IMG/VR virus record: IMGVR_UViG_3300033067_001119
Location: 10,453-74,452 of that record
Strand: one strand, 5' to 3'
DNA: 64,000 bases
DNA from: a virus
Lineage: Duplodnaviria; Caudoviricetes
Of this stretch, positions 44,163 to 49,478 are shown piece by piece. The position numbers and the translations under genes were made by a program. The notes below the pieces were generated by a model. The model searched no databases, was not told the origin of the DNA, and saw only the letters and a list, made by a program, of their open reading frames with translations. Within the stretch, counting starts at the first letter, position 1; the number at the start of each line of letters is the position of its first letter.

Positions 44163-44237
44163 TGGCGCTGCATGGGAGAATTGAACTCCCGTTCTCCGCG
44201 TGAGAGGCGGGCATCCTGACCACTAGACGAATGCAGC
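44163..44237 (-). tRNA. tRNA-Glu(CTC)
   Basis: Loop CT-CTC-AC. Confidence 0.9.
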
Positions 44238-44242
44238 ATGAT

Positions 44243-44317
44243 TGGCTCTGCTCCGAGGAATCGAACCTCGCTCGCATGCGTTAACAGCGCAGCCGCACAC
44301 CTTGTGCGTTGAGCAGA
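44243..44317 (-). tRNA. tRNA-Asn(GTT)
   Basis: Loop CT-GTT-AA; G73. Confidence 0.9.
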
Positions 44318-44324
44318 ACAGAGA

Positions 44325-44396
44325 TGGTGGAGTGACGGAGAGTTGAACTCCGGACGGCAATCTTGCAAGGATCGCCTGCAGCCCGCTGCTCACCCC
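44325..44396 (-). tRNA. tRNA-Ala(TGC), short D-arm
   Basis: Loop CT-TGC-AA; G3-U70 identity pair. Confidence 0.85.
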
Positions 44397-44400
44397 ATGT

Positions 44401-44476
44401 TGGTGCCCTGCGCCTGATTCGAACAGGCCTCCTGCGCTCTTCAGGCGCGTGCAATCACCAGATTTGCTAACAGGGC
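44401..44476 (-). tRNA. tRNA-Phe(GAA)
   Basis: Loop CT-GAA-GA. Confidence 0.9.
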
Positions 44477-44505
44477 GAATTGTGGGATTTTCCCACAATT
44501 CAAAT

Positions 44506-44579
44506 TGGAGCGGCCAGTCGGTTACGATCCGACGTCTCATCGTTGGCAACGATGAACTCTGCCATTGAGCTATGGCCGC
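44506..44579 (-). tRNA. tRNA-Gly(GCC)
   Basis: Loop TT-GCC-AA; U73. Confidence 0.9.
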
Positions 44580-44580
44580 G

Positions 44581-44665
44581 TGGTGGGTAACCCGTGAATC
44601 GAACACGGCATGCCCGAAGGCGCAGCTTTTACAGAGCCGCTCAGTCACCAGACTTGGCGTTACCC
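44581..44665 (-). tRNA. tRNA-Tyr(GTA), long variable arm
   Basis: Loop CT-GTA-AA. Confidence 0.9.
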
Positions 44666-44670
44666 GAGAT

Positions 44671-44745
44671 TGGTTGCGGGAAAGGGACTTGCACCCCTGA
44701 CCTCCGAGTTATGAGCCCGGCGAGCTGCTACTGCTCCACCCCGCG
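44671..44745 (-). tRNA. initiator tRNA-fMet(CAT)
   Basis: 5' CGCGGGG, C1.A72 mismatch, loop CT-CAT-AA. Confidence 0.9.
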
Positions 44746-44749
44746 ATAA

Positions 44750-44822
44750 TGGTGCGCCGCTTGAACTCGGTCGCGCATCGACAAGTACATCCGTTGTTCG
44801 ATGGAATTAGCGCTTGTAGCAC
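44750..44822 (-). ncRNA. atypical CCA-ending tRNA-like element, no assignable anticodon
   Basis: Ends GTTCAAG...GCGC-A-CCA; long hairpin CATCGAACAA/TTGTCGATG with a 9-nt loop. Confidence 0.45.
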
Positions 44823-44825
44823 ATC

Positions 44826-44916
44826 TGGCGGGCGAGGGGTAGTAACGCTCTCCATGCCCGGTGGGCACCTTTGGTTTTCGAGACCAAGCTGGGGACTTCC
44901 CGCAGTTCTCTCGCCC
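44826..44916 (-). tRNA. tRNA-Ser(CGA), long variable arm
   Basis: Loop CT-CGA-AA. Confidence 0.85.
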
Positions 44917-44920
44917 GTGT

Positions 44921-44996
44921 TGGTGGTCCCCCGGTGATTCGAACACCGTGTCTCCCGCTTCGGAGGCGGGTGCCTTGTCCATCCGGCTCGGGGACC
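44921..44996 (-). tRNA. tRNA-Arg(CCG)
   Basis: Loop CT-CCG-AA. Confidence 0.9.
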
Positions 44997-44997
44997 G

Positions 44998-45375
44998 TTA
45001 CTTCCTGCCCTTGCGGCGCACGTTGCCGCGGGCGTCGTAGTTGCCGGTCGGCCAGTAGCGGTTCATCTTCACCTCGCCGACCAGGCCGTCGTCGGTGAAT
45101 ACCGCCGGGCCCTTCAGCGTCTTGCCGTCGACCGCCTGCTCGAACGCAAGGTAGCTTCCGCCCGCATCCGGGCTCGCTGGGTTGACGAAAAACAGATCGA
45201 GGTCCGTTGGCTCATCCAGCGGGACGGGCACTCCAGCAGCCTCGCAGGCCCGGTAAAGGGCATCCCTGTATTGCTGGATTACCGCCTGATGCATCCGCCG
45301 GTGCGGTGCGTCGTGTATCCAGAGACGGAGCAGCGCCGGGAAGCGCTGGCCGTCATACTGTACCTTGATCTTCAT
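44998..45375 (-). CDS. divergent RusA-like protein inside the tRNA array
   Basis: SPDAGGSYLAFEQAVDG...VFTDDGLV echoes RusA PDxDN..K...D...DD..V. Confidence 0.45.
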   Translation of the reverse strand: MKIKVQYDGQRFPALLRLWIHDAPHRRMHQAVIQQYRDALYRACEAAGVPVPLDEPTDLDLFFVNPASPDAGGSYLAFEQAVDGKTLKGPAVFTDDGLVGEVKMNRYWPTGNYDARGNVRRKGRK

Positions 45376-45385
45376 GGTGGGCCTT

Positions 45386-45474
45386 TGGTGGAAGCGGCGG
45401 GCTGGGTGAGCCCGCTAATCACTCTGTTATGAGCAGAGGGTCTCCGCTTTTCGACTTCACTTCCCTCTGACGTT
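45386..45474 (-). tRNA. tRNA-Met or Ile2 (CAT), overlapped by the GIY-YIG 3' end
   Basis: Acceptor GGAAGTG/CGCTTCC-A-CCA, loop CT-CAT-AA, aberrant T-arm. Confidence 0.7.
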
Positions 45475-45952
45475 GCCACTGCAGGATCGCGGCTTGGCGC
45501 AGTCTCTCCCTATGCTCCGGCGATTTGGTGCGCCCCTTGTGGGCTAGGCCACCCTTTCGCCCGTTCTCACGAAGCTGCTCTTTGGCAAGAGAAAATATCC
45601 CAGTTCCACGATCTCGATTTGCGACCCCGCCCCGGCTTTGACTTTTGGACGCGAATGCGCCCTTGCGGGCGTTCTCCGCGGTAAATCCACCAACACCACC
45701 GCGACGCATATTGTAGGTGCGCGACACACGGTAATCGGCGGTCAATTCCACTTCTTTTGCGTAAGCCTCAGCACTGGTGTCAAAAACGAACAACACGTCC
45801 TTGCGGAAGGAACGCTTGCCATGCTTCCGGATCGCAGCGCGGATAGCTCGACCACTCCCGAAGTATCCATCATTCGGATTGTCCGTCTTGTGGACACCGA
45901 CGTAGGTCTTGCCGTTGGCCAGATTAGTGATGCGGTAGACGGTGAACATCAC
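45419..45952 (-). CDS. free-standing GIY-YIG (Seg-like) homing endonuclease
   Basis: FTVYRITNLANGKTYVGVH...YFGSG...KHG...AYAKEVEL. Confidence 0.9.
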   Translation of the reverse strand: MMFTVYRITNLANGKTYVGVHKTDNPNDGYFGSGRAIRAAIRKHGKRSFRKDVLFVFDTSAEAYAKEVELTADYRVSRTYNMRRGGVGGFTAENARKGAFASKSQSRGGVANRDRGTGIFSLAKEQLRENGRKGGLAHKGRTKSPEHRERLRQAAILQWQRQREVKSKSGDPLLITE

Positions 45953-45957
45953 CGCAC

Positions 45958-45986
45958 TATATCACAGGCCTTCCCATCTGGCTCAA
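45958..45986 (-). promoter_or_regulatory. internal promoter upstream of the GIY-YIG gene
   Basis: TTGAGC-N17-GATATA. Confidence 0.4.
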
Positions 45987-45995
45987 CGTGCGAAT

Positions 45996-46072
45996 TGGTC
46001 GGAGCGGCAGGATTTGAACCCGCGTATGCCTGCTCCCAAAGCAGGTGGTCGGCCAGACTGACCCACACTCCG
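45996..46072 (-). tRNA. tRNA-Pro(TGG)
   Basis: Loop TT-TGG-GA. Confidence 0.9.
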
Positions 46073-46175
46073 ATGTTCCCTCTCGTGGCGACGACGATGC
46101 GTCTTATCCGGCGCAGAAGTGTGGGACCTTGGTCACCACAGCGCTACCTCCAGTACGCCACGCCCCGGGGGACAT
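46073..46175 (-). ncRNA. candidate ~100-nt structured RNA between tRNA-Asp and tRNA-Pro
   Basis: Paired termini (ATGTcCCC/GGGaACAT, CGTGGCG/CGCCACG) enclosing internal stems; no CCA, no ORF. Confidence 0.5.
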
Positions 46176-46178
46176 GAT

Positions 46179-46253
46179 TGGCGATCCTGTCGGGTTACGA
46201 TCCCGATTTGCTCCCGTGACAGGGGAGTAGCTTAGCCACTAGCTGACAGGACC
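46179..46253 (-). tRNA. tRNA-Asp(GTC)
   Basis: Loop CT-GTC-AC; G73. Confidence 0.9.
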
Positions 46254-46254
46254 T

Positions 46255-46330
46255 TGGTGTGCGTGGGGTGATTCGAACACCCGCTGTACAGGTTCTCGGC
46301 CTGCTCTCTCTGCCACTGGAGTACACGCAC
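46255..46330 (-). tRNA. tRNA-Leu(GAG), C33, short variable loop
   Basis: Loop CC-GAG-AA; A73. Confidence 0.8.
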
Positions 46331-46335
46331 ATTGT

Positions 46336-46411
46336 TGGTACACCCTCGGAGAATCGAACTCCGCCCTCATGGTTTAAGAGACCAGCGCACGAACCAACAT
46401 GCTCAGGGTGT
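46336..46411 (-). tRNA. tRNA-Lys(CTT)
   Basis: Loop CT-CTT-AA. Confidence 0.9.
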
Positions 46412-46416
46412 GTGAG

Positions 46417-46499
46417 TGGAGGACGTCGGAGGTTACGATCCTCATGCGACGCGGTTTAAAAGACCGGCCCAAAGCCACTCTGGTTTACGCTCGACGTCC
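46417..46499 (-). tRNA. tRNA-Lys(TTT), enlarged D region
   Basis: Loop CT-TTT-AA. Confidence 0.75.
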
Positions 46500-46504
46500 G
46501 TATC

Positions 46505-46708
46505 TCAGGACGCCGGTTTGCTGATGTTCTTCTCTTCGCACACCACGATGGTGCCGGTGTCGCGGAAGTGATGCACCCAGCGTCGCCGCAGGCGCACGGG
46601 CACAAGCCCAAACTGGCAGTGGACGCATGGCGATGCTGCAGCCGCCCATTCCTTCCATGCCTTCATCGAAGTCTCGACGAGAGGCCAGTCCGTTGCTGCC
46701 GTAGTCAT
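46505..46708 (-). CDS. small hypothetical protein inside the tRNA array
   Basis: ATG after GGAGAG; CxxC...HH...C. Confidence 0.5.
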   Translation of the reverse strand: MTTAATDWPLVETSMKAWKEWAAAASPCVHCQFGLVPVRLRRRWVHHFRDTGTIVVCEEKNISKPAS

Positions 46709-46721
46709 GGCGCTCTCCTGT

Positions 46722-46796
46722 TGGTGCTCGGAAGCGGCTTGCAACCGCCATGCGAGGCGTACGACGCGGCCTGCCCGCACCTTGCTAAGCCCGAGC
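46722..46796 (-). tRNA. degenerate tRNA-like gene (possible Thr CGT loop)
   Basis: 7-bp acceptor GCTCGGG/TCCGAGC-A-CCA and T-arm intact; anticodon stem poorly paired. Confidence 0.45.
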
Positions 46797-46800
46797 CTGT

Positions 46801-46874
46801 TGGTAGTCCCTGCTGGTTCTGCCCCAGCGTCGCACGGTTATCGGCCGCGCATTCTGCTATTGAACTAAGGGACC
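46801..46874 (-). tRNA. tRNA-Ile(GAT), C33
   Basis: Loop CC-GAT-AA. Confidence 0.85.
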
Positions 46875-46878
46875 GTGA

Positions 46879-46953
46879 TGGTACGCGCTGCAGGTGCTGC
46901 CCCTGCCGCCTCCAGCGTGTCGAGCTGGCGATCTGCTGATGATCTAAGCGCGC
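46879..46953 (-). tRNA. tRNA-Val(GAC), C33
   Basis: Loop TC-GAC-AC. Confidence 0.85.
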
Positions 46954-46958
46954 ATGAA

Positions 46959-47032
46959 TGGTAGTCCCTGACGGTACCTCCCCGCCTTCACCAGCGTGTA
47001 AAACTGGCGCATCAATTTAATGCTTAGGGACC
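46959..47032 (-). tRNA. tRNA-Val(TAC)
   Basis: Loop TT-TAC-AC. Confidence 0.8.
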
Positions 47033-47033
47033 A

Positions 47034-47110
47034 TGGTACCCGCGGCGTGATTTGAACACGCACTGTAACTTGTTTTGAGCAAGTGGCCTCTGCCGTTGGG
47101 CTACGCGGGC
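47034..47110 (-). tRNA. tRNA-Leu(CAA), short variable loop
   Basis: Loop CT-CAA-AA. Confidence 0.85.
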
Positions 47111-47114
47111 ATGG

Positions 47115-47191
47115 TGGTGTCCGCCCGGAGATTCGAACTCCGAACCTTCGCATTCTGAGTGCGACGCCTCTGCCAGTTGGGCTAGGCGGAC
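47115..47191 (-). tRNA. tRNA-Leu(CAG), short variable loop
   Basis: Loop CT-CAG-AA. Confidence 0.85.
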
Positions 47192-47192
47192 A

Positions 47193-47269
47193 TGGAGCCC
47201 GGCCGGGGTTACGATCCCCGTCCTCGCCCTTACCGGGGGCGTGTGCTGGCCATTGATCACTAGCCGGGC
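47193..47269 (-). tRNA. tRNA-Thr(GGT), C33
   Basis: Loop CC-GGT-AA. Confidence 0.85.
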
Positions 47270-47350
47270 ATGTAGGCGGGAGCGTCCTAACCAACTAGAC
47301 GAACAGGCCTGACGGCCCGTGGTGGATTCGAACCACCGTTTCTCCCTGCT
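47270..47350 (-). ncRNA. circularly permuted tRNA-like gene (3' half precedes 5' half)
   Basis: AGCA-GGGAG-AAAC-GGTGG-TTCGAAT-CCACC-ACGGGCC-GTCA-GGCCTGT-TC-GTCT-AGTTGGTTA-GGAC-G-CTCCC-GCCTACAT. Confidence 0.75.
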
Positions 47351-47425
47351 TGGAGCCCATGCCGATGCTCGAACTCGGCTCTCACCCTTACAAGGGGCGC
47401 GCGTCGCCATCTACGCTTCATGGGC
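47351..47425 (-). tRNA. tRNA-Thr(TGT)
   Basis: Loop CT-TGT-AA. Confidence 0.9.
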
Positions 47426-47428
47426 AAA

Positions 47429-47503
47429 TGGTGCTGCCTCGGTGCCTCGAACACCGGTCACCGCTTTACGAGGGCGGCGCTCTTCCTGTTGAGCTAAGGC
47501 AGC
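47429..47503 (-). tRNA. tRNA-Thr(CGT)
   Basis: Loop CT-CGT-AA. Confidence 0.9.
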
Positions 47504-47709
47504 GCATGCGCACGCGGGTGGATGATCTTGTAGGCCTCGTAGTTGACGGGTTGATCATGCAACATCGTGCGATCTGCGGATTTGATCTTGTTGATCCAAA
47601 AGCGCGCCTCTTGGGCGCTGTAATGGTTTTCGAGAAACCGCTTCAGCTTGCGCGGATTCTCGGAAACCTGAACCACCTTCCCGTCCGGGAGGATGAACTT
47701 TAGGGCCAT
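47494..47709 (-). CDS. hypothetical protein (71 aa)
   Basis: ATG 47709 after AAGGGA; 3' end overlaps tRNA-Thr(CGT). Confidence 0.5.
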   Translation of the reverse strand: MALKFILPDGKVVQVSENPRKLKRFLENHYSAQEARFWINKIKSADRTMLHDQPVNYEAYKIIHPRAHALP

Positions 47710-48000
47710 CAGATTTCCCTTGAGCCGTTGCCGGTGGCGCGCAGTGAAGCCGCTTTCCCCGGAGGTCTTGTCGCCGGTCGTCCCACGAATGGGGCCTGCA
47801 CACAAGGGCCTTTGCTCTCGGTGTCCGGCTGGGAGATGCAACTATCTTGGGGGAAGGTTGCGGGTATTTTCTCTCTGCCGGTAGTCGGCAGGAGGTTCGG
47901 TACCCGCTGCCGGTTAGTCTTTGCGCCCCTTGGGGCTATCGATCATGGATTCCAAGCACGCAAACGACCACGTCCGCTGATTTAGCGGCGTGGCGGCTGG
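47710..48000 (-). ncRNA. candidate ~290-nt structured RNA/leader at the head of the tRNA operon
   Basis: Dense hairpins (GCGGGTA/TACCCGC enclosing CTGCCG/CGGCAG; CCGCT/AGCGG; GCCCC/GGGGC; CCCA-TTCG-TGGG); no credible ORF. Confidence 0.4.
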
Positions 48001-48031
48001 TGTATGGGTATATGACTGTCTCATGATCTTC

Positions 48032-48301
48032 CTACGAGCCAAGGGCCCGGTAACTTATGGGGCGCGGTCCTACACCCTCAGCATGGGAACTGTCAACAGC
48101 GTTCTCTGCAAACTTCGCAAATTCGTGATTGTTCCACACCGAGGTAAGCAGCGCCGTGAATGGGTCAGGAGCCCGGTTGTAGGTGCCGACAGTGGCGCGC
48201 AACGCTCTGGCGGTGCTGGCCAAATCGTGTGCCGCCTCGCGAACCTGATCGCACAGGCCGCCATCCATTCCCAGCATTCTCTTCACCACATTTACGGTCA
48301 T
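48032..48301 (-). CDS. hypothetical protein
   Basis: ATG after GGAGG; end of the lysis cassette. Confidence 0.55.
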   Translation of the reverse strand: MTVNVVKRMLGMDGGLCDQVREAAHDLASTARALRATVGTYNRAPDPFTALLTSVWNNHEFAKFAENAVDSSHAEGVGPRPISYRALGS

Positions 48302-48303
48302 CG

Positions 48304-48483
48304 CTACCTCCCTACATGGGGAGCCAAGATCGAAGCCAACGCCTGAAGGGCCGTTTTGGTTTCAATCATTGCGGTCAGAGATTCTTTCATAATCTCGCGA
48401 CGTTCTTGCCGTTCCATCCACCACATTGCTGCAAATATCACGGCTGGACCAGCAGCAGCTATGTCCTTAATCCAGTCCGGCAT
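48304..48483 (-). CDS. small membrane protein (59 aa), lysis cassette
   Basis: Hand translated MPDWIKDIAAAGPAVIFAAMWWMERQERR...; one TM segment plus coil. Confidence 0.55.
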   Translation of the reverse strand: MPDWIKDIAAAGPAVIFAAMWWMERQERREIMKESLTAMIETKTALQALASILAPHVGR

Positions 48484-48501
48484 TCCACAAACCTCGCCCC
48501 C

Positions 48502-48717
48502 TCAGATCGGCTCGTTGAACTCGTCGATCATCTCGTCGAGCGACTTCTCAGTTTCGTCCAGCTGCTCTTGCGTGACGGTGCCGTTGCGAAAGCTGTCGAT
48601 CAGCCCCTTGATTGCCGTGAACACCGGGCCAGCGTTCCTGCCGACTGCGACAGCAGTCTCTGCGATGGAGATGCCCTTGGCGATCAGCGCCATGACTGCG
48701 AGGACGTCCATGATCAA
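48502..48717 (-). CDS. small amphipathic protein, lysis cassette
   Basis: Coupled 71-aa ORF. Confidence 0.55.
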   Translation of the reverse strand: MIMDVLAVMALIAKGISIAETAVAVGRNAGPVFTAIKGLIDSFRNGTVTQEQLDETEKSLDEMIDEFNEPI

Positions 48718-49133
48718 GCTCCCGGTGCCAGAGGAATGGTCTGCCCGGCCTCTGCAGCCTTGGCCCTGACGATGCCGATGATCTCCGTCATCTGGTTGAA
48801 CACCACGACGGCGTTGACCTGATCGTTGTTCTTCACGAACGAGCGCAGCTCCCCGAGGTATGGCTTGAGCTGCAGCGTGTAGACCTGCACCGTCCTGATC
48901 TGCTGTACGCAGACATCAGGAATCAGTCGCTGGATGCACGAGCGCTTCCATGCATTGAGACCGGCGAACAGCACCTTGAGGCCGCTCTCCATCTGGTTGA
49001 GGCGCGTCTTCGTGACAGGATTTGCGACCGACGCTGTGCTGAAGTGCACGGCGGTCTTGATGCTCTCCAGCGTTGGCGTGGTGCACGCCGAAACCGAGAG
49101 AGCGAGCGCGAGTATGATTGCGATCCGCTTCAT
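48714..49133 (-). CDS. lipoprotein, putative spanin component
   Basis: Signal peptide with lipobox LSVSA-C; downstream of holin and endolysin. Confidence 0.6.
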   Translation of the reverse strand: MKRIAIILALALSVSACTTPTLESIKTAVHFSTASVANPVTKTRLNQMESGLKVLFAGLNAWKRSCIQRLIPDVCVQQIRTVQVYTLQLKPYLGELRSFVKNNDQVNAVVVFNQMTEIIGIVRAKAAEAGQTIPLAPGA

Positions 49134-49477
49134 CCGATCACCTGTTCTGCTTTCTTGGCAACTGCCGATGCCTCCCCCGGAGCAGGAGAGATATTTGGCT
49201 GATTCGGGTCTACGGCAAGCGCGGCGATGTTCTGCGGAGCTGAGCGGCTCACCTGAACGTCGACGCCCTCCATCGACCCGGCGTCCTTCACGGTGCTTGC
49301 GTTGCTAAGGAAGGGCGTCATCGCTGCCGCCATCAGGCCGCCAACGAAGGTAGCAATAGCGCCGATGGCCTTAGCTGTGGCCACGCCGATAACGGCATCG
49401 AGGGCGCTGATGCCCGTGGCGGTGAAGCTGAGCATCGCCAGTATCATCAGCACAACCTGCTTGGCATTGATATTCAT
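49130..49477 (-). CDS. putative holin
   Basis: Two N-terminal TM segments, adjacent to the endolysin. Confidence 0.6.
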   Translation of the reverse strand: MNINAKQVVLMILAMLSFTATGISALDAVIGVATAKAIGAIATFVGGLMAAAMTPFLSNASTVKDAGSMEGVDVQVSRSAPQNIAALAVDPNQPNISPAPGEASAVAKKAEQVIG

Positions 49478-49478
49478 G

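Noticed and set aside
45386-45952. Group I intron carrying the GIY-YIG gene and splitting a tRNA
   Set aside because: The flanking tRNAs (Pro-TGG and CAT) are each contiguous and I see no intron core elements; the endonuclease is free-standing.
46073-46175. SRP (4.5S) RNA
   Set aside because: Size and terminal stem fit, but the helix-8 CAGG...GNRA...AGCA motif is absent.
43104-47503. Suppressor, Sec or Pyl tRNAs and stop-codon reassignment
   Set aside because: No CTA, TTA or TCA anticodon found in any loop, and long genes read through without internal stops in the standard code.
47710-48000. RNase P RNA, tmRNA or cobalamin riboswitch
   Set aside because: The conserved signatures (GAGGAAAGTCC/AAACCCGGCTTA; tRNA-like ends with an ANDN-type tag; B12 box) were not found. 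Kept only as an unassigned candidate.
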